Of a stretch of 64,000 nt of DNA, positions 1-12,442 are shown piece by piece. The stretch's first letter is position 1. Each line of letters opens with the position of its first letter. The translations under genes were made by a program, and so were the position numbers. The notes under the pieces were generated by a model. That model saw nothing but the letters and a program-made list of their open reading frames with translations, made no database searches and was not told the DNA's origin. The DNA is from Podarcis tiliguerta. Taxonomy: Eukaryota. Location of the stretch: NCBI GenBank assembly GCA_965153285.1, contig OZ229119.1. The stretch is one strand, 5' to 3'.

Positions 1-19
1 GGTATCTGTACCATAAGGT

Positions 20-660
20 CAGACCCTCCAAGTTTCCTTATTTTCCAGGGTTGGTCCCGGATTTACAGAATCTTTCCAGGTTTCTCATTTGATCCTGGAA
101 TGTTCCAATGGTCCTTGCTGTTGTTGTTTAGTCATTTAGTAGTGTCCAACTCTTCTTGACCCCATGGACCAGAGCACGCCAGGCACTCCTGTCCTCCACT
201 GCCTCCCACAGTTTGATCAAACTCATGCTGGTAGCTTCGAGAACACTGTCCAACCATCTCGTCCTCTGTCATCCCCTTCTCCTTGTGCCCTCAATCTTTC
301 CCAACATCAGGGTCTTTTCCAGGGAGTCTTCTCATGAGGTGGCCAAAGTATTGGAGCCTCGGCTTCAGGATCTGTCCTTCCAGTGAGCACTCAGGGCTGA
401 TTTCCTTAAGAATGGAGAGGTTTGATCTTCTTGCAGTCCATGGGACTCTCAAGAGTTTCCTCCAGCACCATAATTCAAAAGCACCAATTCTTCAGCGATC
501 AGCCTTCTTTATGGTCCAGCTTTCACTTATGGTCCTTAGGATGTCCCTATTTTCATTGTAGAAATGTTGGAGGTAAGGAGTTATGCGACCCCCGGGCCAA
601 GGAGATAAGTAACTATACAACCTTTAGAAGACATCTGAAGGCAGTCCTGCATAGGGAAGT
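20..660 (+). mobile_element. hAT-like composite MITE ('element A'), 5' part, interrupted by Bov-B
   Basis: Starts CAGACCCTCCAAG...GTCCCGGATTTACAG and resumes at 529-660. Collinear with the copies at 2419 and 20650. Confidence 0.7.
117..528 (-). mobile_element. Bov-B (RTE) LINE, 5'-truncated
   Basis: Reverse complement of the 3' part of the 28673-29436 copy, with a (CAA)n tail. 9-bp TSD ATGGTCCTT at 108-116 and 529-537. Confidence 0.93.
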
Positions 661-934
661 CACACTGCCCTTAATCCGCTTCTGTTGACAACCAGCTTTT
701 TGTTTCCCTGTTTGTTGCTTGGTGTGGCAGTTGACCAGGGTGGTGATGTGATAGAGAAATTTTAATTGTCTGTTTCACATCCAAAGTAATACACATGGCC
801 ATCTGAAGCACACTAGCACACTTATTAAGTCCACTAAGTCCAGGGTTGAAAATTACCTAGCTGCGACAATGATGAACAAACAGGAAATGGCAGCAGGAAG
901 TGATGGGTAAGGGATGTAGCTAAATGCTTTGTCC

Positions 935-1002
935 CGGCTCTCTGCTGCCAATCAATGTAGATGGACCAGTCTGGGTTGGTATAAGGCAAATTCCTATGTT
1001 CC
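935..1002 (+). mobile_element. 3' remnant of a tRNA-derived squamate SINE (Squam3-like)
   Basis: ctgctgccaatcaatgtagatggacca...gtataaggcaaattcctatgttcc resembles the recalled 3' end of this family and overlaps the 3' part of the 5460 copy. Confidence 0.5.
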
Positions 1003-1945
1003 CATTTTGAGCTTTGGAGTTACAGCTATTGTTGCTGTTTTTGATTGAAAATAGCTCACCTTTATCCCAGCTACTTCACGTAGACTGGCAGCAATTGGAT
1101 CTTGCAGCCAAACCTGTGGGTTAGGGGTACTCTACACTCTCCTTCAAAGCATCAGCCACCCTCAAAAGGCATAGCATTTATTTTCTTTCTCATCTTTACT
1201 AGATTCTATGCTGCAGTGAAACTCACATGTTTTGAATTGCCTCTTCCTAAACTCGTTGTTTTCCCCTATTCCCATTTGAAAGTGTTTATATTTTAAATAT
1301 CTGTGTAAGTAACCTGGGAATGTCTACTGGGTAAATAGAATATTTAAATATTCAAGCTGCAGCTGTGCTGGGGATGAACACATCTTGCTTTAAGTCCCTG
1401 CAGCTGCAAAATATTTTTTTTAAACACACACATTTCTGAAGAGAAATAGATTATGACAGTAATAACTAGCCTGGGGGACATGGTTTTCAAGGCATTGTTT
1501 ATATTTATCATTCCCAAAGACAATCATTTTAAGTGCATCTTATTATAATTCCTTATCCAGCAAATTAATAACAAGCTGGAAAATGTCCTTTCTAACGACT
1601 AGTTCTAGAAGCACTCTATTATTATTTGACATAACCCCTTTTCAGCAATAGCAATCCATAAACAGGGTCGTCTAAAGGTTATAAAGGGCACTTGAGCAAG
1701 ACATGAGTAACCCTCCCTCAAGCAGCTAACAGCCATTCAAGTAACAGCCATCTAGGAGCTACGGTTCCCAGTTCCCCCTCACAGAGCTACAGTTCCCAAA
1801 ACCCTTAACAAACTATTATTCCCAGGAGTCTTGATGTGGGGTTGTGCTTTGAATGTACTTTAAAAGGTATGGTGTGGATCTGCCAATTGTTAAAGGAAAA
1901 AGACAGGCCGCTCACTAGACCCTGGTACCATCAGGTAACTGCAGG

Positions 1946-2221
1946 TAGGCTTGCCATACATTGGGAACATTCCTGACATGTCCTGGTTTTCAGATGTAAA
2001 AATGGCATCAGACGATAATTTTGCAGAAAGTGGCAAAGCGTAATTTAAAACCTGGATGTATAGCAACACAATGGAAAAAGCAGCGAAAACCTCTCAAAAA
2101 AGCTTAAAATCACTAATTTGGGTTTGTCGTCCCCCCACCCCAAAGCTCAACAATTCCTTAAAAAAACCTCAACAACTTTGTGGGTGTCAGGAATTTTACT
2201 TTTTGACATATGGCAACCCTT
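1946..2221. mobile_element. hAT (Blackjack-like) non-autonomous DNA transposon
   Basis: Terminal inverted repeats (TIRs) TAGGCTTGCCATA / TATGGCAACCCT. TSD degraded. Confidence 0.6.
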
Positions 2222-2418
2222 TGCAAGGGCCTGTCAGTGTCAATGCCTAGCTCGCTCAGGCATCTGAATTTATGAGTTACTACTTTAATCCCCATCCTAA
2301 TCACCATGACTTAGCACCAGGACCACCATTTTGATTTCCTACAATGCTCCAGAGAGATACTGTTGGAGGCACTGTGAGAAATTTAAGACGAGGGTTTGTC
2401 ACTGCCACCAGAAGGCAA

Positions 2419-2518
2419 CAGCCCCTCCAAGTGTCCCTATTTTCCAGGGACAGTCCCGGATTTAGAGAAGCTGTCCCGGTTTCTGATTTAATCCCAGAAC
2501 GTCCCTGCTTTTCCTTAG
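2419..2518 (+). mobile_element. Element A MITE, 5' fragment
   Basis: cagcccctccaagtgtccctattttccagggacagtcccggattt... is closely similar to 20-107 and 20650-20740. Confidence 0.7.
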
Positions 2519-2561
2519 AACAGTAGTGCTCATCACCAGCGCTATAGCCACCCCTGATAGA

Positions 2562-2834
2562 CAGGGCTGGGCCAAGGCATTTTGCTGCCTGAGACAGAAC
2601 AGCAAAGGGCACCACCACCTGCCCAAATCAAGGTGCATGTTTTCCACAGCTGGCCAAAGTATTTTGGCATCTGAGACATAAAATCCCACAGCAGCCTTTC
2701 CCTGGGAGTGAAACTATAACCATATTTTTAAAAAACAAAAACAAAACACACACAATTTGCTGCCATTTCCTGACAACCAGAACCAGCTGTCTGAGGCAGC
2801 CACCTCGCTTTGCCTAATGGTAGGGCCAACCCTG
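2562..2834. mobile_element. Old hAT-like MITE
   Basis: Ends CAGGGCTGGGCC / GGCCAACCCTG, with a degenerate 8-bp flank match (ctgataga / ctgcttaa). A related segment lies at about 27594-27650. Confidence 0.45.
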
Positions 2835-3776
2835 CTGCTTAAAGAGACTGCAAGTCAGAAGATAAGACTGGCAGCATGAGGCTGTATCAGTCATGTTGCG
2901 TGCACACAAGGGGGAACTTGGTAGTGGGCAACATGGCGAAAGGACATTTTTGCATGAACGGAAAAAGAGCACGTTGCTAACCCTTCTCTTCTCAGAACTC
3001 CTACAGGTACATGGCCTCAGGGCTCCGAACACAAATAGCAACTCCTTCAGTTGGGGATGGAAGGACAAGCACCACACACAGGTAAGCAAAAGGAGGCCGG
3101 AGTCTGTGTATCAGAGTACTAAAATGGCTAAAAAATGCATGCCGGTTATCCATAATCCCATGCGAGCAATGGAAACTATGTCTTTGCTACGGTGTACGAG
3201 GAGTCTAATTCACTCCACATTTTGGAGCAAACTTACCGAGCTTGCCCCCTCAGACCCAGGCACAGATCAGAACATAAATCTGCAGATTAAGCCCCATGTC
3301 TGATTATTCGATCTGCGGATGGGTTCATTCCGTAGCCACAAGGTGATCCGAGGGCTGCCTTTTTCTTTCCTTAACATTTCCCACCGGCTTAGAAAAGATA
3401 ACACTTCCTCCGTGGCTGTGCAGTAAAACAGCTGCTTTGAAATGCTCCCAGGAAGCAACTGTACATCATGACATTAAAGTCTTTCCGGGGAATTGTACAG
3501 AGAAAAGGATGGTTGTCCCTGTGTACCTATGGGGGCAGCCTTTTCCCCCTCCCCACCCATGGTAGCCTTACAAGAACATTGTACTGGGGGCGGGGGCGCA
3601 GGCAGAAATGCCTTCCCTATTATACAAGGAAGCATGTACAACTTTCCCAGGAAGGTACTGCACCTTATGATGTACCATCACTTCCTCGGAACATTTTATA
3701 GCCGATTTTTGTTCTACTCTATTCAGAGGAAGCATTAGAGGCTGTAAAATGTTAAAGAAAGAGACAATCCTCAGAC

Positions 3777-3810
<34 letters not shown>

Positions 3811-3811
3811 G
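3777..3811. repeat. (GT)n(GA)n compound microsatellite
   Basis: Read directly from the sequence. Confidence 0.95.
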
Positions 3812-5459
3812 CAGTTGACCATTACACGTCTCCTGTCTTCCTTGGCTTTCCACAGGCAGCATTCCAGCTGGGTTGGAAGGCAGGACTTTTCTCAGTCAGA
3901 CTCCTAGTGAGGTCTACAGCAAAACCAGCAGATGCCAGATTCCTGGTCCTTTGCTCCAACCTTCTTAACCCAGCTTTGAGGGCATCTTGCTGGACAGTTG
4001 TGTAACAGGCGAAGCCCTACTCAGGCATAGGAGACCAGGAAGGATTGCATCTCCGTTCATATCTTCTTCCTTTTTTTTCTTCCAGAATCTGCCTGAGCTG
4101 TGATGCTGTTCAATAAAAGCTCTGGTTTTGTGGCAGCTGTTGTTTCTTTGTCAGCTGGGGTTGCAGGTAGGAATCCCCCTCCATCCTGTTTCTTCCTCGC
4201 TTCAGCTGGCCTCGGGGTAGGACTCTGGCTGGGAGCAGGGCTCTGGGACTTCCTGCTACGAGGGCTCAGGGATGGCAGAATCTCCACCCTCTGATCACTA
4301 AAGTCCAGCAAAGGTAAAGGCGATCACAGGCAGCGCCATCACTATGGCTAGAATGAAGGAGGCAGCCAATGGCTGGGAGGAGGGGCATGGTTGAAAAGGT
4401 CTGCTGATGCAATAAGCAGGAAGCTCAGCCAATCGTGCAAATGAGCAAGGGCGTGGTATGGCTTGATAGGATAGCTGTTGCAAAAGGCATACAATTTCTA
4501 AATGGGAGTGTTCCCACCTCCAGCAATCTCATGGTTAGTCATTGCAATACTTTTACAGGTGTCCCTGTGTGGACTTCTGCCACACAGGACTGGGACTCCT
4601 TAGGTAGCAAATACAATGCCTTGCCTGAGGAGGTATGCCATCCCCATTATTAGGTGGCATTTTAAAACACTCCTGTTCACTCAAGGGCTGAAAGATACTG
4701 AAAGACAGTGGAGTAGCATGGGTTGCCAGTACCCGGGGCCACGTGGAAGGTTGGTGGTGGGAGGGAGGGAAACAGATGGAGTACGCATGCGCATTCAACT
4801 GCTCAATGGCATCTGCATCACCCAGGAGAGGTCACTCAGCCATAGACATAAGGGGAAAGATTGTTCCGATGTCTGGGGAAGTCACTTCCTGGTTCGAAGG
4901 GAGAAGCCATTTTCAATGGAACCCAGTGATGGAAGCGTGTAGCTGTATTGAGGCAGCACCGGGTGTTGCACCCCTAATTTAGGATTGGAGAGCTGTACTT
5001 GAGAGCATAGGATCCAAACCAAATGGTTCCCTGGGGGGACAATAGGGGATGATAGAATTGCCTGTCCCAACACCGGTCTCAGAGGATGCCTATAGATCAT
5101 TCAGAATTGGACAGGCAAGGGCTTACAACCTCTAATTAAAACCTGGCTGAAATCCATCTTCATAATCTTGCCCTTATGCAGAGTCCCGGGGGCATATCAA
5201 TCCTACATTGGAAGCTTTGCAACTGCAAGAGACCAGTGAATAAGGGATGCTACATTTAATGAATTAGCAGAATATTAACTGCATCAATTATTTAATGCTT
5301 TGGGACCCGTCTAAACTATTAGGAAGATAATAGCAGGGATCATTTTGCTACTATTCCACACAAGCAATAAGTTGGTGACCTGTAAGAGCTGGCGCCTGTT
5401 TAGCAATATGTTGTATGTTTGCATTGTTCCTATTAATAAACGCTACTTTGCTCTAAGGG

Positions 5460-5598
5460 GAGGGCTGTTGATCTGTGGAAGAACGTAGACTTTGCAGTCA
5501 GATGGGTTACAATCCTTGGCACCTCCAGGTAGAGCTGGGAAAACCTGCTCCCTCAAACCCTGGAGACCCACTGCCGTTCAGTGTAGACGATACTGAGA
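5460..5598 (+). mobile_element. tRNA-derived squamate SINE (Squam3-like), degenerate
   Basis: Decayed tRNA-like head followed by ctccaggtagagctgggaaaa...aaaccctggagacccactgccgttcagtgtagacgatactgag. Confidence 0.55.
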
Positions 5599-6264
5599 AC
5601 CATGAAAAATAGTAGTGTCCTTTCTGAAAGCAATATCGCCACCATGTTGATTTATTAGGAGCCTACTAATGGAATGCTTCTCCTGAGTGAGAAATGAAGC
5701 AAACAGAAACGAGGTGACTGACAGTCCTTCAAGCATTAGTCAAAAGCTCATCAGCCCAGCCTAGAATGTATTGCACAGACGAGACAAAGGTGAAGGGAGG
5801 GGGTGGGACTTCACAAAGGACGAGTGAGCATGGGGGAAGGCGGTTATTTGGGCAATACGATAAATAACATCCACCTAGCTCGTACATCAGGATAGCAAAT
5901 TATTAATGGCTGCTTAACTACTAGCATTTAAGATGCCCCCCTTTCCCAGTTCATAGTTAACCTATTTTCTGTCATTTGACAGCGTCAGAAAATAAATCTC
6001 TTGTTAAAACAGCCCAGCCGCTGTTGGATCAAGCCAAGAACAGCATGTACAGCGGACTTTTTGTTCACATCTAGCTAGGATATGGAAGTAGAAGTGTGCT
6101 TCCATGCATACACTCTCTCGCTGGACTGGGGTGATAATGCACATGCTGAAAATGAGTTCTTGCAAGATCTGCCGCTACATCTCAATGCATATCTGGGAGA
6201 TGCTACATTTGAAATTTTTCAAACTGAGTATGGTAAGGGTAAAATATAATACGAGAAACTAAGG

Positions 6265-7085
6265 CACGAGTAATGGACTATGTGGAAATGGCGAAGCTGA
6301 CAGCAGTATTAAGAGATCGAAAGGATGAACTTTTTAAAGAATGGAGGTCTTTGTTGGACTACAGTGGTACCTTGGTTCTCAAACTTAATCCGTTGCAGAA
6401 GTCCGTTCCAAAACCAAAACGTTCCAAAACCATGGCGCGCTTTCCAATGGAAAATAATGCAAAATGGATTAATCCGTTCCGGACTTTTAAAAACAACCCC
6501 TAAAACAGCAATTTAACATGAATTTTACTATCTAAGGAGACCATTGATCCATAAAATGAAAGCAATAAACAATGTACTGCAGTCACACAATCAATCAATC
6601 AGTAGCTGAACTGGGTTCTACACAGGCACACAAAAAGAGAGAGTCACAAAAACGTAAAATAAATAGCAAAAACACACAGATCTCAGTGTAACACTCAAAA
6701 TGGAAGTGTGGCACTCAAATTGGAAGCATAACACTCAAATTGGAAGTGTGGCATTCAAAATGGAGCACGTTCAGCTTCCAAAAAAAGTTCAGAAACCAGA
6801 ACACTTACTTCCGGGTTTGCAGTGTTTGGGTTCCAAGTTGTTTGAGTACCAAGGCGTTTGCGGGCAGGATTCGAGATAGGAGCAGCAGAAGAAAAATGAT
6901 AAAGCAATTGAATTAGAGGGGTTTCCATAATAGAGTTTGATATATAACACAGTAGAAAAGGGCTTGAACAAAAACATTGTGGAGGTGTGAGTGGGAAGTC
7001 CATTTATGAAATACTGTAACGTAATTATTTGATTTGAAGTCAAATTGTGAAATTTAATACAAAATTAGATTAAAAATAAAGAAAC
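6265..7085 (+). mobile_element. L1 3' end (ORF2 C-terminus plus 3' UTR), interrupted by a mariner MITE
   Basis: MDYVEMAKLTAVLRDRKDELFKEWRSLLDY resembles the recalled squamate L1 ORF2 C-terminus. An A-rich 3' UTR follows 6860 and ends near AATAAA at about 7075. Confidence 0.6.
6362..6860. mobile_element. Tc1/mariner (Tigger-like) MITE, long variant, right end missing
   Basis: Starts TA|CAGTGGTACCTTGG. Internal ~20-bp tandem units (acactcaaaatggaagtgtg) at 6691-6765. Confidence 0.8.
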
Positions 7086-7310
7086 TAAGAGGTGCCACTA
7101 TTTAGTTATATATATTTTTATTCCACTCTTCAACCAAAAAAGTCTCCTAAAGGGTCTTACAGATTGCTTTAAAAAAAACCAAAACACTTGCTGCCCTCAG
7201 GCTTTCTATCTAAGAATACATAGCACAGAAATAAAATGGACCAGGGGGTGGGGTGGAATGAGGAAATAAGGAAACTCAGGTACAAGTTCTTAAGCAGCCT
7301 AATGGAATGG

Positions 7311-7738
7311 TTGTTGTTGTTTAGTCATTTAGTCGTGTCTGACTCTTCGTGACCCCATGGACCAGAGCACGCCAGGCACTCCTGTCTTCCACTGCCTCCC
7401 GCAGTTTGGTCAAACTCACGTTAGTACCTTCAAGAACACTCTCCAACCATCTCATCCTCTCTCGCCCCCTTCTCCTTGTGCCCTCCATCTTTCCCAACAT
7501 CAGGGTCTTTTCCAGGGAGTCTTCTCTTCGCATGAGGTAGTCAAAATATTAGAGCCTCAGCTTCAGGATCTGTCCTTCCAGTGAGCACTCAGGGTTTATT
7601 TCCTTAAGAATGGATAGGTTTGATCTTCTTGCAGTCCATGGGACTTTCAAAAGTCTCCTCCAGCACCATAATTCAAAAGCATCAATTCTTCGGCAATTAG
7701 CCTTCCTTATGGTCCAGCTCTCACTTCCATACATCACT
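7311..7738 (-). mobile_element. Bov-B (RTE) LINE, 5'-truncated
   Basis: Minus-strand peptides MMYGSESWTIRKA...LKLRL and MRREDSLEKTLMLGK...TRLND, plus a (CAA)n tail. Confidence 0.93.
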
Positions 7739-8656
7739 GGTTACTGCTGGGTAATTGATGAAGGAGGGAGCATAGCTTCTCAGCAGTGTTGATGGGGCCT
7801 GCATCTCTTCCCTAACCTCCTCTACTGCAGCCTGATGTAGTGTCAGTATCTGAGCATGCCATTAAGGTTCCATCGTTCATGTAGAAAGCAGGTCCTTTGC
7901 CACATGTATTTTGCAGGGGGATGAGAGTTGGGATCCTACCTTTTACTGCTGCTTTGCTAACGAGGGAGGTCTAACTAGATTAAATACCTTAAGCCCGCTT
8001 CCCCTCTCTTGGTTTTAATTGGATGCAGTATTGTACCAATATTATAAATATGTTTCAATATTTGCAAAGGGCTTTAACGCTCAGCTGGAAGGTGCGAAAA
8101 ATGCAGCACGCTAAATATAGGAAGTGGTTATTAATATAGCACAAAGGATGTGAATTGTTTATTAAAAAAATAATCACAATAAACAGCAGTTATAATGCCT
8201 TGGGTTTTGCACAATATTCTGGAATACAGCCATGGTGTACAATGATCAAGGCTGGTTTGCATCTTTTGCCAACCTGAGCAGAGCTGGGTAAGATGAATTG
8301 AGTGCTCCCCAAATCCTCTCTAGATTCACAAATGATTTTTCCAGTTTCTGTGAAGAGACGGCCCATGGTTGGAAGCATTGTACAAGCAGAGGGGGGAAAG
8401 AGGCAGCACTAAACAAGCAAACCTCAGAAATGGAAAAGGAATTGTATCTGATGAAGATTTCATACTCCAAACTCATTAGATTTTTTTTTTGGGGGGGGGG
8501 GAATCACTTTCCCCAGCAACTTCCGTCTGCCTCTGTTTGGTTGGTGTGAAGACTTTTATAAGCCTAGATTCACCCTGATCACCCAGATAGCTGTTGCAGG
8601 CAGAAAGTTTAAAGTTGACTTTCTAGGATCTTCAGCTAACGGGATCAGGGGGCTGG

Positions 8657-8849
8657 TGTTAGGATGTTCTGCCTGTGGTGAGCGTAGTGCACCACCGCAA
8701 GTCAGAGAAGACCGTACTAGGCTACATGGACAAAACAAGGCAACTTTCTGTGTTTCAGAATTCCTGGCAACATAAGTGAGGGGTGTTAGTTCATGCAGGA
8801 CGCCAGCTGGAGACAATGTATGAGCACTAAGCAGGCCTGACAACTAACA
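8657..8849. mobile_element. Possible short solo LTR
   Basis: TGTTAG...CTAACA perfect 6-bp inverted ends. The TSD matches only 3/5. Confidence 0.3.
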
Positions 8850-10096
8850 GTTGAGCAAATTGGCCTTGGGGGGTGTATCTTAGTAAACAAAGCTCATTTC
8901 TATCAGAAGACCAGTGTTCTCTCTTTCATCTTAGCAGAGCTTTCTTATATTGGCCATTTTTGGATGGACAACAAACAAAGTCCAAGGCTTCTCTTTCAGG
9001 GGCTCTGTTGCAGCTTGTCGATGCAGTGGGTAATGAAGACAATTGGACTGATATAATAAAAAGCTCGCATCTTATCTATATCTATTAAAGATATATATGG
9101 ATAAGGGGGGTCTGGAAATGTCTGTTTCATGCATGATAAAATACATTTTGAACTACTGGAAATAATTTTAGAGGTATCTAGGGTGAATCGTGTGTGTGAC
9201 TTCTCTAATCTTGGCGTTTGGCTGCCATCTTGACAGCTAAGTACCTATGAGGCTGAATTTCTAAATTACTTTAAGTAGGTAATGCCATAACCTATAAACT
9301 TCCTTTGTCTTATCATGAGTAATTGCCCACTACTTGGCAGGACTGGGCCTTATTCAGTGCAAAGGACATAATGATAGACAAGCTCTTTGTTTCAAGAGGA
9401 AAGGTTTATCACTTCCCACCTTTGGTAACAAAAGCTACAAAGGATTATGAAACACGTATAAATAAAATAGACCAGTTCAGCTCAAATTTGAAGTCATTGT
9501 TAACCATTAAGTGGCTGTTTTCTGGGGTGGGGAATATTGGGGTGTTAAAATTCTCCATCTCCTCCCTGGGCATTCGCAGGGAGTTCCTTCCTGCTAAGGA
9601 AAGAGCCAGCAAGGAGGGCAGGCTGGGAGGCTTGACAGGTATGTGTCGAAAAACAAAGAAAGTGTGCCTTCACAAACACTGTTTTATTCATATGCATAAT
9701 TCATCCATTGATTAGGCAATTCATTAACAAACTCAGAAAATTAATTGGCTAAGGTTTCTTGAATTGGATGGCAGTCTAATTACAAGAACACAAGGCGTGA
9801 GAGATCACTTTGATTCCTTACACTTTCAGTGTCTGTGGTTTAATAGCGTTACCTGGCGCCCTTGGCAAGATATGTCTGCATGATGCCATCTTCCCTTATA
9901 TCCTTAATTTCTTGAGTTTACCTAGACTTCAATCCAATTTACATCCGCTGCACTGCTCACTTTGGCAGGATTTCTCCACCCACCACAGATGTGCAATTTC
10001 TGGAAGGTTCTGCATCCATGACTCATAGATTAGTGTGTTCCAAACATCCTTGTGGTTTCCTATGAAAGCCATCCTTTGGATTGCTGATGAACCTAA

Positions 10097-10184
10097 GGCA
10101 GCAATCCTATCCACCTTGACCTGGAAGTAACTTCCACTGAATGCAGTGGAGTTTAGTTTTGAGTAGGTCTATAGGATTGCACTG
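10097..10184. mobile_element. ~90-bp palindromic MITE (GGCTGCAATCC...GGATTGCAGCC family)
   Basis: Imperfect palindrome with about 10 related copies in the window. Confidence 0.6.
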
Positions 10185-10592
10185 TGAGCTTCATCTGAAT
10201 TAGGTACACATCTGAGCCTGTGTAAACGTTCTGCATATTATCCACAAACATCCTGTAACTTTTAAAAAAAGGAATGTATAATAATTAGACTGAAAATATA
10301 GACACTATTAAATTTTTAAAATGCAAACTGTTTAATGTATTAATTATGTACCTGCTTATGTATCATAAATATTTCATACTTCCCTTCAGTACAGAATTCC
10401 TGAAGCAATTTATATAAAAGAAAATAGAAAAACAAGCAAAATACAAATATTACAAATCAGAACCGACACAAGCATTCAAATGCAGCATAATCTTAACACT
10501 CAGGTCAGATTTCCTCCTAGCTCTTTCTTTATACAGCTAATCATATTTATCTGGAATGGGAAAGTGTCATATAGGTTGGTCCTAAGACCTGA

Positions 10593-11103
10593 GGGATGCG
10601 GGTGGCGCTGTGGTCTAAGCCACTGAGCCTCTTGCGCTTGCCGATCAGAAGGCCAGCGGTTTGAATCCCTGCGACGGGGTGAGCTCCCGTTGCTCTGTCC
10701 CAGCTCCTGCCAACCTAGCAATTCAAAAGCATGCCAGTGCAAGTAGATAAATAGGTACCACTGTGGCGGGAAGGTAAACAATATTTCCGTGCACTCTGGT
10801 TTCCATCGTGGTGTTCCCTTGCGCCAGTCATGCTGGTCACATGACCTGGAAAGCTGTCTGTGGACAAACGGTGGCTCCCTCAGCCTGAAAGCAAGATGAG
10901 CGCCGCAACCCCATAGTCTAAGGTTACCAGATTTTTTTCAATGAATCCGGGGACACTTTTCAACTTCAATGGATTTTGTATGGGGACTGATTTGTAAATC
11001 TGGGGACTGTCCCCAGGAAACGGAGATGTCTGGTAACCTTACCATAGTTGCCTTTGACTGGACTTAACCATCCAGGGATCCTTTACCTTTACCTTTACCT
11101 TTA
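10593..11103 (+). mobile_element. Sauria SINE, full length, with a nested hAT MITE
   Basis: tRNA-like head GGGATGCGGGTGGCGCTGTGG and (ACCTTT)n tail. 12-bp TSD CCTAAGACCTGA at 10581-10592 and 11104-11115. Confidence 0.93.
10919..11041. mobile_element. 123-bp hAT MITE nested in the Sauria SINE
   Basis: Perfect 13-bp TIR TAAGGTTACCAGA / TCTGGTAACCTTA. 8-bp TSD CCATAGTC / CCATAGTT. Confidence 0.9.
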
Positions 11104-11683
11104 CCTAAGACCTGACAAGGCAGCACCAGGAGTCTGGTCTCAATGCCACAACCAAAAAGGACTCCAAGGCTAAACCCTGTGCAGATTACCATTTCTGAAC
11201 AGTGGCAGGAGCAAATTATCTTATCGCATCAGCACAGCATCAGTCCCAAACTGGACACATGAAATAAGTTAGTGAGCGAGCCTCACTGCAGGGAGAAAAG
11301 ACCTGTTAATTTCTATCCTATTTCCAATTGTTCCACCTAGTTCCACAGAAGAGAATGGAATGGTGAAATGGGATCAATTTCATCCTCAATATAAACTTTG
11401 TTTTAAAAATGTACTTGAATGGCAGGATATGGCTGACTTGCAGTTTATTGATCTCATTTCATATATTTCTATACTGCTTAATACCTGAACAGTCTCTCAG
11501 CAATTTACAAGGAATAATTAATACAATATAAATGTGTGTATATTAAAACAAAACATTTTTTAAAAATGCTACAGTACCAGATAACTCCCCCCAAAGCAAA
11601 AATATAGCAACACATAATGAAAACATCTCAAGAGTTGGGAAAATAACTCAGTATATACTTTTGAACTACACTAAGGTAATATA

Positions 11684-11975
11684 TTCGAATCCCCGCGATG
11701 GCGTGAGCTCCCGTTGCTCAGTCCCTGCTCCTGCCAACCTAGCAGTTTGAAAGCAAGTCAAAGTGCAAGTAGATAAATAGATACCACTCCGGTGGGAAGG
11801 TAAACGGCATTTCCGTGTGCTGTTCTGGTTCGCCAGAAGCAGCTTAGTCATGCTGGCCACATGACCCAGAAGCTGTACGCCGGCTCCCTCGGCCAGTAAA
11901 GCAAGATGAGTGCCGCAACCCCAGAGTCGTCCGCGATTGGACCTAATGATCAGGGGTCCCTTTACCTTTACCTTT
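11684..11975 (+). mobile_element. Sauria SINE, 5'-truncated
   Basis: Starts at the B-box-like TTCGAATCCCC and ends in (ACCTTT)n. The flanks share TAAGGTA. Confidence 0.9.
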
Positions 11976-12442
11976 AAGGTATAATATTGTATCAATGCTG
12001 CTTCCTCTGCTGGGTGTTAGTTCTGACATTTCCCAGAACTCCTGAGGGCGCAACAAAAAAAAGAAAACAAGCAGTCTTCTGCCAAAAACAGTTTCCTCTA
12101 GTCTATGGCTAGACTTGTATGCTATGGGCAAAAACCATTCAAATCTCCACTGCTTCTAAGTCTTTAAAAAACTGTCTTCTGTTTACAGTGTTTTGCAGCC
12201 CACGTTTGCCCTTGTACTAATGGCAGGACCCTCAGCACCTCAGCTGCTGTGCTCCCTCAATGCCTCACAGGATGAGGCCTCTAAACCTGTGGCTTTGAAT
12301 TCTCAACACCCTAAATTTCCCCAGTTGGTGTTCTTATGAGATGACTGAATTTGCTGTCATTACAACAAGAACTCTGTTCTTGGAACGGTTTCTCAAGCAG
12401 TGAGATGGTCCCTTTCCCTCCCCCACCCCACCCCCTCCTTGG

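Noticed and set aside
4960-5450. Possible retroviral LTR (TGTTGCA start, AATAAA near 5435)
   Set aside because: No matching CA end, TSD, primer-binding site or second copy found.
6691-6765. Short regularly spaced repeats (also 39345-39460) resembling a CRISPR array
   Set aside because: Tandem units without unique spacers, inside eukaryotic MITEs, in a vertebrate context.
10593-10670. tRNA gene (A/B boxes; also at 59197 and 5460)
   Set aside because: These are tRNA-derived SINE heads continuing into SINE bodies, not cloverleaf tRNAs.
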